Assembly (NCBI GenBank): GCA_000990585.1
Contig: LBQD01000001.1
Location: forward strand, 1 to 60,964
DNA length: 60,964 nucleotides
Source: Candidatus Moranbacteria bacterium GW2011_GWE2_35_2-
GTDB taxonomy: Bacteria > Patescibacteriota > Minisyncoccia > Moranbacterales > UBA9337
Direction: 5' to 3'
Below are positions 10,408-19,466 of the stretch, piece by piece. The translations under genes were made by a program, and so were the position numbers. Position 1 is the stretch's first letter. Every line of letters begins with the position of its first letter. The notes beneath the pieces were generated by a model. The model did no database searches, was not told the DNA's origin, and saw only the letters and a list, made by a program, of their open reading frames with translations.

Positions 10408-11676
10408 ATGTCTAAAAATGACAACATTATAGTCGGACTGGATGTTGGCAGCGCTAATGTGAGAACTATTATCGCTCAAAGTATTCCTGATGAAAATATT
10501 CCAAGAATTATTGGGGTTGGAGTGTCGCCATCTTCCGGAGCCAGAAAGGGTGTCGTGATTGACGTTGAGGATATGGCGAATTCAATCAAGGAATCAGTTA
10601 TGGCGGCTGAGTTAATGGCGGGTAAGAAAGTTTCAGTTGTGATTTCGAGTATTGGCGGAACGGGAATCGATTTTCAAAATTCAAAAGGCGTAGTGGCTGT
10701 GGGAAAAGCGGATGGTGAAGTTATTGAGAGTGATATTGCACGCGTAGTGGATGCTGCTCAGACTATTTCTATTCCGCCTAATCGGGAAATTTTGCATATT
10801 ATTCCAAAATCGTACCGCTTGGATGATCAGGATAATATCAAAGATCCATTAGGGATGAATGGTGTGAGGCTGGAAGTAGATGCTCTTGTTATTGAGGGAT
10901 TTTCTGGACATATCAAAAATCTAAATAGAAGTATTGAACAAAATGAAATCGAGGTGCATAGCTTGATTCTGAGTCCGTTAGCAGCAGCCAATGCTGTTTT
11001 GGATAAAAAGCAAAAAGAGCTGGGGGTTGCGTTGGTGGATATTGGAGGAGCAACCACTTCTGTTTCTGTCTTTGAAGAAGGTGATTTGATTCATTTGGCG
11101 ATTTTGCCTGTTGGAGCTAATCATATCACCAATGATGTAGCTATCGGACTTCGCACTTCAATTGAAACGGCTGAAAAAATAAAATTGGAATATGGTTGTG
11201 CTTTTGCCAATACGGTTGGAAAAAACGAAGATATTAATTTGTCAGAAATTGATTCACAGGAAGAAGGAGCAGTTTCTCGTTTTCATGTAGCGGAAATAAT
11301 CGAAGCGCGCTTAGAGGAGATTTTTGATTTGATTGGAAAGGAATTGAAAAAAATTGGAAAAGCCGGGTTGCTTCCGGCGGGAATTGTTTTGGTAGGTGGC
11401 GGTTCCAAACTTCCTCAGATTGTCGAATTTGCTAAGGATAGTTTGGGACTTCCGGCACAAATTGGTTATCCGGTAAGGCTTGGAGGAATTTTGGATAAAG
11501 TCGATGATCCGTCTTTTTCTGTGGCGATAGGTTTGATTTTATGGGCGCAAGAAGATGGTGCTCACAAAAATTCCTCAGGAGAGGTTGGCGGAATGAAATG
11601 GTTGGGAGATTTTTCTTCGGTATTAAAAACTATTTCGGATAAAATGAAAAAATGGATAAAAAAGTTTCTTCCCTAA
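10408..11676 (+). CDS. ftsA: Cell division protein FtsA
   Basis: Actin-fold motifs 'VGLDVGSANV', 'DIGGATTSV', 'GIVLVGGGSKLP'; C-terminal amphipathic 'KMKKWIKKFL'. Confidence 0.93.
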   Translation: MSKNDNIIVGLDVGSANVRTIIAQSIPDENIPRIIGVGVSPSSGARKGVVIDVEDMANSIKESVMAAELMAGKKVSVVISSIGGTGIDFQNSKGVVAVGKADGEVIESDIARVVDAAQTISIPPNREILHIIPKSYRLDDQDNIKDPLGMNGVRLEVDALVIEGFSGHIKNLNRSIEQNEIEVHSLILSPLAAANAVLDKKQKELGVALVDIGGATTSVSVFEEGDLIHLAILPVGANHITNDVAIGLRTSIETAEKIKLEYGCAFANTVGKNEDINLSEIDSQEEGAVSRFHVAEIIEARLEEIFDLIGKELKKIGKAGLLPAGIVLVGGGSKLPQIVEFAKDSLGLPAQIGYPVRLGGILDKVDDPSFSVAIGLILWAQEDGAHKNSSGEVGGMKWLGDFSSVLKTISDKMKKWIKKFLP

Positions 11677-11813
11677 GAGCTTATGCAGGTAGTCTCTTGA
11701 CAGTGGGATAAAAAAGAGGTATACCTTATTCCTCCTTGACATCAAGGGTTTTGATGTGGTAGATTTATAAACCAAGGATTTACAGTTTATTTATTTTTTT
11801 CACTTAAAATATT

Positions 11814-13055
11814 ATGGCGGAAATAAAACCGGAAATTGAAACTTTTGCGAAAATAAAAGTTGTTGGAGTGGGCGGCTCGGGAAGCAACGCTATTTCAAGA
11901 ATGATTGAATCAAAAATTAAAGGCGTTGAATTTGTTTCTATTAACACTGATGCACAGGCTTTGCATCATTCAAAAGCCGCAGAGAAAGTACATATCGGAA
12001 AAAATTTAACCAAGGGATTGGGTGCGGGAATGAATCCGGAAGTGGGGCGACAAGCGGCGGAAGAAAATCGGGATGAAATTCAAGAAGTACTCAAGGGAGC
12101 GGATATGATTTTTGTGGTATATGGAGCTGGAGGAGGAACCGGATCGGGAGCTGGTCCGATTGTTGCTGAGACTGCCAAAGAAATTGGAGCGTTGACAGTA
12201 GCAGTGATTACCAAGCCTTTTGCTTTTGAAGGCGCACAAAGAAAAACCATCGCCGAAGAATCAATCAATAACCTAAAAGAAAGAGTGGATACTTTGATTA
12301 CCATTCCAAATGACAAGTTGCTTTCTATTATTGATAGAAAAACTACTTTGATAAATGCCTTTCGAATTGTGGATGATGTTCTCAGACAAGGCGTGCAGGG
12401 AATTTCTGATTTGATTACCAAACCGGGAATTGTTAATGTCGACTTTGCGGATGTGCGAACGATTATGGCAGACAGCGGGTCGGCACTGATGGGAATCGGA
12501 ATTGCCAGTGGAGAAAACCGGGCGGCGGAGGCGGCGCAAGCGGCAATCAACAGTCCTCTTTTGGAGCTTTCTATTGATGGCGCGCGCGGAGTTTTGTTTA
12601 ATGTTTCCGGATCCAGCGATTTGACGATGCTTGAAATAAACGAAGCGGCAAATATTATTACGGAAAATATCGATCCGAATGCGAAAGTTATTTTCGGGGC
12701 GGTTACTGATGATCAAATTCGCAAGGGAGATATTCATATTACCGTGGTGGCGACTGGATTTGACGCAGAAAAAACCGGAAAATTTACAGCCGAAGAAATT
12801 TCTCGAATGTCTGTCAAAAAAGAAGATGTCCGACCGATGGAAAGAATTGAAAAGGTTAGAGTTGAATCGGAGGAAGATGCGGGAGATTTGAAAGAACAGA
12901 TAACTTTTCCAACCAGAAAGATTGAAAGCAAAATGATTATTGAAGAAAAAGTCCAGCCGCAGAGAATGTCTTTGCGGGGAGAAACAAAAAGAGAAGAAGA
13001 TGAAGATGATGAACTGGAAATTCCGGCATTCATTCGCAGAAAGATGGGGAAATAA
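11814..13055 (+). CDS. ftsZ: Cell division GTPase FtsZ
   Basis: 'VVGVGGSGSNA', 'GAGGGTGSGAGP', 'NVDFADV'; C-terminal peptide 'DDELEIPAFIRRK'. Confidence 0.97.
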   Translation: MAEIKPEIETFAKIKVVGVGGSGSNAISRMIESKIKGVEFVSINTDAQALHHSKAAEKVHIGKNLTKGLGAGMNPEVGRQAAEENRDEIQEVLKGADMIFVVYGAGGGTGSGAGPIVAETAKEIGALTVAVITKPFAFEGAQRKTIAEESINNLKERVDTLITIPNDKLLSIIDRKTTLINAFRIVDDVLRQGVQGISDLITKPGIVNVDFADVRTIMADSGSALMGIGIASGENRAAEAAQAAINSPLLELSIDGARGVLFNVSGSSDLTMLEINEAANIITENIDPNAKVIFGAVTDDQIRKGDIHITVVATGFDAEKTGKFTAEEISRMSVKKEDVRPMERIEKVRVESEEDAGDLKEQITFPTRKIESKMIIEEKVQPQRMSLRGETKREEDEDDELEIPAFIRRKMGK

Positions 13056-13065
13056 ATTTATACAA

Positions 13066-13093
13066 AGACACCGTTTCAAACGGTGTTTTTTTT
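13066..13093 (+). terminator. Intrinsic terminator after ftsZ
   Basis: acaccg/cggtgt stem plus an 8-T run. Confidence 0.85.
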
Positions 13094-13167
13094 GAAAGCA
13101 TTGCATCAAGAAAGGGTTTTTTGCGTAGTAGCTATTGACAGGGAGACATTATATTTTGGAGCAGGCA

Positions 13168-13196
13168 TTGACAAAGACGCTTTTTAGGCGTATAAT
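13168..13196 (+). promoter_or_regulatory. Sigma70-type promoter (TTGACA-17-TATAAT)
   Basis: Exact consensus hexamers with a 17-nt spacer, about 70 nt upstream of the CDS at 13264. Confidence 0.7.
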
Positions 13197-13263
13197 ATAT
13201 AGTTAAAATAAAAAAGTATTTTTACAATTAAATAAAAAATGACCAAACGGTCAAGGAGGCTGT

Positions 13264-13914
13264 ATGAAAAAAAGTTCTTTTTTCTTGGTTTCGTTTCTGT
13301 TGGTCATTTGGATGTTGCCCGTCGTTTGTTTTGGCGGGGAGATTTTTTTAAACTATTCAGAGGAGAGTGTTTCCTCTGGAGATTTGGAAGAATACAGACA
13401 CTCTTTCGAGACTTCTTTCGGGAAGTCGAAAGAGGATATTAGGAATCCTAGTGAGAAACTTTCAGGACTTCTCAAGAGCCTTGAGTGGCTCAGGGATGAG
13501 AGTGACCCCGAAAAAATTTTAAGAGAAATTCAAAAGATCGTGAATTCTCTTAAATATTTGCCGGAGGCGGTTGACCATTGGAGTACCATTGGGCAGACCA
13601 TCGATAGCGGCGGCGGCGATTGCGATGAGTTTGCCGTTGCAAAAGCGGTCCTCGTGGAGATTTTTCTCCCTGACGCCAAGATTTTCTTGGTGCAGGGGTT
13701 TAAAAGTATTTCCGACGACAATCATATTGTCGTCATTGTCAGAGTTGAGAAGGAAGTTTTTGTTCTTGATAATGACCGGGATGAGTTGGTAATTGCAGAT
13801 GATTGCGATTATCTCATCCCGTATCTGGCGATAGATGTAAGAAGTGAAAATTTCTTTATTTTATCGCCGGAAAAACAACCCGCCAGCTTGCTGGCGGAGT
13901 ATGAGGGGAAATAA
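13264..13914 (+). CDS. Secreted transglutaminase-like cysteine protease (BTLCP / LapG-like, Peptidase_C93 pattern)
   Basis: Signal peptide; 'GGGDCDEFAVAKAVLV' (Cys box), 'NHIVVIV' (His), 'VFVLDND' (Asp), 'YLIPYLAID'. Same order and spacing as the LapG Cys-His-Asp core as I recall it. Confidence 0.7.
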   Translation: MKKSSFFLVSFLLVIWMLPVVCFGGEIFLNYSEESVSSGDLEEYRHSFETSFGKSKEDIRNPSEKLSGLLKSLEWLRDESDPEKILREIQKIVNSLKYLPEAVDHWSTIGQTIDSGGGDCDEFAVAKAVLVEIFLPDAKIFLVQGFKSISDDNHIVVIVRVEKEVFVLDNDRDELVIADDCDYLIPYLAIDVRSENFFILSPEKQPASLLAEYEGK

Positions 13915-13940
13915 TTCCCCTTTCAAGTTTGAGATGCAGA

Positions 13941-13990
13941 GCCTTATGTTTGCGCACACTTCGTTTGTGTATGCGACATAAGGCTTTTTT
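13941..13990 (+). terminator. Intrinsic terminator
   Basis: gccttatgt...acataaggc stem followed by tttttt. Confidence 0.75.
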
Positions 13991-14171
13991 ATTTTTCCAT
14001 TTTTATACCCCTGTGGATAACTTTTGCGTTCTTTTTTTATAGAAATGCTATATAATATTATCAAGCGAGTTTTTAAATTGAGTGTTGTGGAATTTAGGTG
14101 AAAATAAACTTTTTTATTATTGAATACAATTTTAAAAAATATTTTCAATAATAAAAATAAAATATAAAGAA

Positions 14172-14423
14172 ATGGAAATCGAAAAATTAAAAAATAATAA
14201 AGTTCTACTTATTATCTTAATAACAGTGGGATCTTTTTTGCTAATATCAGCAATAACCTTCTTTTGTTTTAGTCAAATAACAAATAATACGAAAGTGGTT
14301 GAGCAAGAAAAAACAAATGTTAATGATCCGGGATTGATCAAAGTTATACATTCAGTTGGCTATCCTGAAGAAATGCCCGAGCAGCCTAAGCTACCGATCG
14401 ATGATTCTAGTATTAAGCAATAA
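14172..14423 (+). CDS. Small single-pass membrane protein
   Basis: One TM helix; 12-nt gap to the next gene; no family recognised. Confidence 0.5.
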   Translation: MEIEKLKNNKVLLIILITVGSFLLISAITFFCFSQITNNTKVVEQEKTNVNDPGLIKVIHSVGYPEEMPEQPKLPIDDSSIKQ

Positions 14424-14435
14424 AAATATAAAAAA

Positions 14436-16097
14436 ATGAGCAACAGTAAAAAGAAAAAACAAGAAGATGATTCTGATGATTATATAAAGATAAAAAATAA
14501 ATATCTTTACACTTGTCTTTTTTCTCTTGTTTTGTTTTTTTTATTCGGTGCTTTTTTGCCGGTCGCTCAAGCTGATTTGAGCAAGGCATCGGCTCAAATT
14601 GATTTTGATGGTACAGTGATTGGCGGTACTGCCATTGTTTCCTATTATCCTAAAAGCGAAGGAAATAGTTATTCGGAAGCGCAAATTTTCAATAAGTGGG
14701 ACCTTGGACTGTCAATTTTAAACGGTGGAACGGTGGGTTCTTATGATATAGAACTTGGCAGCTATCAAGACACATCCTCTGTTTTCAGTAAATATGATTC
14801 ATTAAGCGCGGGCAAAACATTTACAGATGGATTGATGACATCCGGAGTTAATTCTAAAACTATTCTTAAGGGCGATCAGCATTCTGTTCGTTCCGTAGGA
14901 ACAATGGGTCGAGTTTTAAAAGTTCTTTCTACTGGTACGGTAACTTTTTCTAAAAAATATACTTCTAATTTTATCAATATAAACGCCGCTAATGGTTATG
15001 GTTGGGGAACTACGTGGGGATATTTAACTTTAAGGTATTGGGATAAAACATATGGTGTGTATACTGAGGGTATGTATGAAGACTTCGGATTAGGTTGGAC
15101 GAGTTATTCTCCCCCGGTGGGTGAGATTGCGAAAGTTGATTCCGGTCTCGTTTATCATTCAACATTTACCTCTCCTCTTCAAACAAAAAATATTCTTATC
15201 TCTAAATATGTAAGGGCTGGAGATATTATCGCTATTCAAGCAGGCGTTGAATCAAGGGTGGCAGTATGGCAGGACATTGTTCCTAATGATCCCCCGACCG
15301 TTCCAAAAATTACAGGTCCAACGTTAGGAATTATAAACACTAATTATTCTTTTAAATTATATTCTACTGATCCAAACGGCAATCCTCTGAGATATGGAGT
15401 GGATTGGGATAATAATAACACCGTTGATCAATGGTATCCCGCAACGCTATATGTGAATTCGGGAGTTGCGCAAAATGCTGTTCGGCAGTGGCCTGATGTC
15501 GGAGCAAAAACGTTCAAAGTCAGGGCTTGCGATAATAAAAATAGCTGTTCTGCGTTTGCATCTCACACTATCACGCTTTCTCTTCCCGCCGCTATACCAA
15601 CTTTGACCTTTTCATCCTTTCCCGCGACAATAAATGAAGGGGAATCAGCAACTTTGAATTGGAATACGCAAAATGTTACTTCTTGCTGGGCGCAAAGTCC
15701 ATTATCATGGCAAGGCTGGAAGGCTTTTGCCGATGGATCTCATGTTGAAGTCGTGTCTCCGGTAGTAAATACGACTTACGATCTTGAATGCCAGGATGAT
15801 GCTCTTGAAATGTCTACTGGTAAAAAAACAGCAACTATTACAGTTATTCCATGTGTTCCCACTTATTCTGATCATTTTTGTTCTGCAAGTGAAGATATTG
15901 ATTGTGCTTTGTCTGAAAATTGTGGAAAGATATCGATAGTAACTGCGATTTGTATGGCTACTAATTCTTGTACTAGCGAAATTGATATAGTACCGAATTC
16001 TGATTGTGTGGATCTGGGAATTGATTGCGCTAATTCAACTTCAAATTGTTCAGCATGTCCGGAGAGTAATTATAATTGGAGAGAAGTCGCTCCATAG
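14436..16097 (+). CDS. Large secreted protein with a PKD-like domain and a Cys-rich C-terminus
   Basis: N-terminal TM/signal; 'YSFKLYSTDPNGNPLRYGVDWDNNN...GAKTFKVRACDNKNSCS' resembles a PKD domain; about 14 Cys in the last 100 aa. Confidence 0.65.
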   Translation: MSNSKKKKQEDDSDDYIKIKNKYLYTCLFSLVLFFLFGAFLPVAQADLSKASAQIDFDGTVIGGTAIVSYYPKSEGNSYSEAQIFNKWDLGLSILNGGTVGSYDIELGSYQDTSSVFSKYDSLSAGKTFTDGLMTSGVNSKTILKGDQHSVRSVGTMGRVLKVLSTGTVTFSKKYTSNFININAANGYGWGTTWGYLTLRYWDKTYGVYTEGMYEDFGLGWTSYSPPVGEIAKVDSGLVYHSTFTSPLQTKNILISKYVRAGDIIAIQAGVESRVAVWQDIVPNDPPTVPKITGPTLGIINTNYSFKLYSTDPNGNPLRYGVDWDNNNTVDQWYPATLYVNSGVAQNAVRQWPDVGAKTFKVRACDNKNSCSAFASHTITLSLPAAIPTLTFSSFPATINEGESATLNWNTQNVTSCWAQSPLSWQGWKAFADGSHVEVVSPVVNTTYDLECQDDALEMSTGKKTATITVIPCVPTYSDHFCSASEDIDCALSENCGKISIVTAICMATNSCTSEIDIVPNSDCVDLGIDCANSTSNCSACPESNYNWREVAP

Positions 16098-16261
16098 AGG
16101 AAACTGTAATTCATAGCTAAAAACTATAAACAATCCACGGCATTCATTTCGCGGGTTGTTTTTTGTTTTTATTGTAAATTATTTTTTGCCGTGTGTTATG
16201 ATTCGATACGTTGTTATTTTGCGTTGTGGATAACCTTATTTTTTGGCTTAAAATCAGAGGC

Positions 16262-16289
16262 TTGCAGTAATTTTGTCTTGTGGTATAAT
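16262..16289 (+). promoter_or_regulatory. Promoter of the nrd operon (TTGCAG-16-TGnTATAAT)
   Basis: Extended -10 'tgGtataat' at 16281-16289. Confidence 0.6.
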
Positions 16290-16302
16290 TTACCTGTGGT
16301 AT

Positions 16303-16316
16303 ACAATATATAGTGT
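16303..16316 (+). promoter_or_regulatory. NrdR-box-like palindrome
   Basis: 'acaatatatagtgt' matches the A/T-rich palindromic NrdR operator pattern (acaCwAtATaTwGtgt). It sits just downstream of the -10, upstream of nrdR-nrdD. Confidence 0.6.
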
Positions 16317-16331
16317 AATAGTTGTAAAATT

Positions 16332-16781
16332 ATGATTTGTCCGTTCTGTAATAACAATGAAACGAAAGTCGTGGATTCTCGCGATACCAATGATAGGAAA
16401 GCTATTCGCCGCAGGCGCGAATGCGAGAAATGCAACGGACGATTTAGTACTTATGAAGAAGTGGAAATTATGCGACTTACGGTTATTAAAAAAGACGGAC
16501 AAAAGAGAGAATATAGTCAAGATAAAGTTCGATCAGGAATCGCCAAAGCAATCGAAAAAAGGCCGATTAATGATGAAAAATTGGAAAAAATCTTGAATGA
16601 TATTGAATATGAAATTCATTCGCGAGAAAAAGATGAAATAACCAGTAAGGAAATCGGAAGAATAATTTTGAAAAAACTCAAAGAAGTGGATGAGGTTGCA
16701 TATTTGCGTTTTGCTAGTGTATATAAGTCATTTCGCAGTGTGGACAGTTTCAAAAAAGAGATGGAAAGACTTAAAACTTAA
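16332..16781 (+). CDS. nrdR: Transcriptional repressor NrdR
   Basis: 'MICPFCNNNETKVVDSRD....RRRRECEKCNGRFSTYE' zinc ribbon plus an ATP-cone. Confidence 0.95.
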   Translation: MICPFCNNNETKVVDSRDTNDRKAIRRRRECEKCNGRFSTYEEVEIMRLTVIKKDGQKREYSQDKVRSGIAKAIEKRPINDEKLEKILNDIEYEIHSREKDEITSKEIGRIILKKLKEVDEVAYLRFASVYKSFRSVDSFKKEMERLKT

Positions 16782-16842
16782 AACTTAAAATATAGTATAA
16801 AATATAATTTGCAATTAATCCGGGGGGTGAAAAACAAAAATT

Positions 16843-18987
16843 ATGGCTCAAAACAAGAAGGGAGCGAAAAAGGGGAAAAGCTCGAAAATAAAAAAAGTTG
16901 AAAAAAAATCGTTGAAAAAAACGGGTAAAAAGTTTTCCGTAAAGAATAAGAAAACGGGAAAAATAACCAAAGTTATTAAAAGAAGTGGAAAAATTGTTCC
17001 GTTTAAGGCGGAAAAAATAGTAATAGCGGTATCAAAGGCTTTTTCGGAAACGGGAGAAGGCGGAGAAAAAGAAGCAAAAAAAATTTCCAGTAAAGTTGCG
17101 CAACTTTTAGGAAAAAATCGTCAGAAAGGATATATTCCGGAAATTGAAGAGATTCAGGATATAGTGGAGAAAGTTTTGATGATTTTGGATTTTGAGGAAA
17201 CAGCTAAGGCATATATTCTCTATCGCGAACAGCATCGAAAAATCAGGGAAACAGAAGAGGCACTCAAAGAGGCGGTGGATTTGATTGATAATTATATTCA
17301 AGAAGCGGATTGGAGAGTGAAGGAAAATTCCAATATGGGTTTTTCACTTCAAGGGATGAATAATTTTATTTCTTCCGTAGTGAGTTCACGTTATTGGATG
17401 GACAGGGTGTATACAAAAGATATTCAACAAGCTCACGAAAGAGGCGATTTGCACGTGCATGATTTGCAGATGGTAGCGGCATATTGTTGCGGATGGGATT
17501 TACATGATCTTTTAATGCGAGGTTTCGGAGGAGTGCCGGGAAAAGTTTCTAGTGCGCCACCAAAACATTTTCGCAGCGCCTTGGGGCAGATGGTTAATTT
17601 CATCTATACTTTGCAGGGAGAAGCTAATGGAGCGCAAGCATTTGCTAATTTCGATACTTTGTTGGCGCCGTTTATTCGTTTTGATAAGTTGAACCAAAAA
17701 GAGATTAAACAAGCGTTGCAAGAATTTGTTTTTAATATGAATGTTCCGACGCGCGTCGGGTTTCAAACGCCATTTTCCAATATTACCTTGGATTTGCAAG
17801 TTCCCTCTACATATAAAAACGAATCGGTAATAATTGGTGGAAAACCGCAAAAAGAAAAATACGGTGATTTTCAGAATGAAATGAATATGATTAACAAGGC
17901 GTTTGCGGAAGTGATGAGCGAAGGAGATGCGCAAAATCGAGTATTTACTTTTCCAATTCCAACTTATAATATTACCAAAGACTTTGATTGGAACGACCGG
18001 GCACTTAATCCGATTTGGGAAATGACTGCCAAATACGGAATGCCATATTTTGCAAATTTTGTCAACTCGGATATGAGTCCAGATGATGCTAGAAGTATGT
18101 GTTGCCGACTCAGATTGGATAATCGTGAGCTAAATAAGCGCGGTGGAGGACTTTTTGGAGCTAATCCGATGACGGGTTCTATCGGAGTGGTAACTATTAA
18201 TATGCCAAGAATCGGGTATTTGGCAAAAGATGAAAAAGATTTTTTTCAAAGATTGGATTATTTGATGGATTTGGCGAAAGAAAGTTTGGAAACAAAAAGA
18301 AGATTTATTGAAAAATTAACCGAAACAGGACTTTATCCATATTCTAGGTATTATTTGAAATCCATCAAACAGCGGCGAGGCAGTTATTGGGGAAATCATT
18401 TTTCAACTATCGGTTTAGTGGGAATGAACGAGGCATTGGAGAATTTGATTGGAGAAAAAATAGTTACCAAAAAAGGAAATAAATTGGCGCAGAAAATTTT
18501 GGAACATATGCGAAAACGTATGGTGAAATATCAAAAGGAAACCGATAATATGTATAATTTAGAGGCTACTCCAGCGGAAGGCACAACCTATCGTTTGGCA
18601 AAATTGGATCAAGCGAAATATTCGAAGATAAAATTTGCCAATGATAGCGCGGTGAAGGAAAATGGGGCGGAGCCGTATTATACCAACTCTTCCCAACTTC
18701 CAGTGGGATATACCAGTGATATTTTCGAAGCATTGGAATTGCAAGATAATTTGCAGACAAAATATACCGGCGGAACGGTGTTGCATGGATTTTTAGGGGA
18801 AAAAATAAATGATATTGAAGTAGTAAAGAATTTAGTAAAAACTATTGCTACCAAGTATCATTTGCCGTATTTTACTTTTACTCCAACTTTCAGTATCTGT
18901 CCCGAACACGGGTATTTATCCGGAGAGCATCACACTTGTCCGAAATGCGCGATTAAATTGGCACAGGTGAAGTTTGAAAAAGCATAA
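16843..18987 (+). CDS. nrdD: Anaerobic ribonucleoside-triphosphate reductase NrdD, large piece (lacks the glycyl-radical loop)
   Basis: Lys-rich N-terminal tail, ATP-cone, 'CCRLRLD', 'GGGLFGANPMTGSIGVVTINMPR', 'NLEATPAEG'. Ends 'FSICPEHGYLSGEHHTCPKCA...' without an RVxGY motif. Confidence 0.92.
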   Translation: MAQNKKGAKKGKSSKIKKVEKKSLKKTGKKFSVKNKKTGKITKVIKRSGKIVPFKAEKIVIAVSKAFSETGEGGEKEAKKISSKVAQLLGKNRQKGYIPEIEEIQDIVEKVLMILDFEETAKAYILYREQHRKIRETEEALKEAVDLIDNYIQEADWRVKENSNMGFSLQGMNNFISSVVSSRYWMDRVYTKDIQQAHERGDLHVHDLQMVAAYCCGWDLHDLLMRGFGGVPGKVSSAPPKHFRSALGQMVNFIYTLQGEANGAQAFANFDTLLAPFIRFDKLNQKEIKQALQEFVFNMNVPTRVGFQTPFSNITLDLQVPSTYKNESVIIGGKPQKEKYGDFQNEMNMINKAFAEVMSEGDAQNRVFTFPIPTYNITKDFDWNDRALNPIWEMTAKYGMPYFANFVNSDMSPDDARSMCCRLRLDNRELNKRGGGLFGANPMTGSIGVVTINMPRIGYLAKDEKDFFQRLDYLMDLAKESLETKRRFIEKLTETGLYPYSRYYLKSIKQRRGSYWGNHFSTIGLVGMNEALENLIGEKIVTKKGNKLAQKILEHMRKRMVKYQKETDNMYNLEATPAEGTTYRLAKLDQAKYSKIKFANDSAVKENGAEPYYTNSSQLPVGYTSDIFEALELQDNLQTKYTGGTVLHGFLGEKINDIEVVKNLVKTIATKYHLPYFTFTPTFSICPEHGYLSGEHHTCPKCAIKLAQVKFEKA

Positions 18988-19034
18988 ACGCAAATAAATA
19001 AATTTATATAATTAAAAAGTAAAAACAAAAATAT

Positions 19035-19337
19035 ATGGAAGACAAAAAATTGATTTGTCATGATTGCGGGAAAAAACTTCAAAAAGGGGAAGAGTATGTT
19101 AATTATACTCAAGACGAAAAAAATTATTTGGTGAAATGTCGTGAGTGCTATGAAAAAAATCCGGTAATGGAAAATTATCAACCTTGCGATGTGTATTCTC
19201 GCGTAGTCGGGTTTCACACTCCGATCAACCGTTGGAATAAAGGCAAGGTAGCGGAATGGGAGGATCGCAAGACGTTCGAAGTGGAGAATAAAAAAGAAGA
19301 TGAATGTGATGGGGATTGCAGCAAGGGCTGTTGCTAG
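19035..19337 (+). CDS. Stand-alone NrdD C-terminal module: zinc ribbon plus glycyl-radical loop
   Basis: 'CHDCG...CREC' followed by 'VYSRVVGFHTPINRWNKGKVAEWEDRKTF', the class III RNR glycyl-radical signature; Cys-rich tail 'ECDGDCSKGCC'. Confidence 0.8.
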   Translation: MEDKKLICHDCGKKLQKGEEYVNYTQDEKNYLVKCRECYEKNPVMENYQPCDVYSRVVGFHTPINRWNKGKVAEWEDRKTFEVENKKEDECDGDCSKGCC

Positions 19338-19466
19338 TTTAGTTACGTTGTAAAAAAAGGATAGAGGGGTGATTCCATTTAAAACTGGGATCGCCCTAAT
19401 TTTAAACAATTTGAAATTTATAATTTTCAATGAATTTTAATTGATTAAGTTTTAAATTAAAAATTT

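Noticed and set aside
12273-13109. 278-aa minus-strand ORF, plus 156-aa and 99-aa ORFs, overlapping ftsZ
   Set aside because: They lie entirely antisense to an unmistakable FtsZ gene. Their translations are low-complexity (F/N/R/S-rich) with no motifs. They are typical shadow ORFs.
14012-14020. Perfect DnaA boxes (TGTGGATAA) here and at 16225-16233, considered as a possible oriC
   Set aside because: There are only two isolated 9-mers about 2.2 kb apart. My rough estimate is that about one is expected by chance in 61 kb at this composition. There is no cluster, no adjacent AT-rich unwinding repeats and no dnaA/dnaN nearby. The box about 60 bp upstream of the nrd promoter could be regulatory, but that is unsupported.
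18988-19034. Group I intron, intein or homing-endonuclease insertion splitting nrdD
   Set aside because: The gap is only 47 nt of A/T-rich sequence. The flanking ORFs contain no intein blocks or endonuclease motifs. The split appears to be a plain two-gene arrangement.
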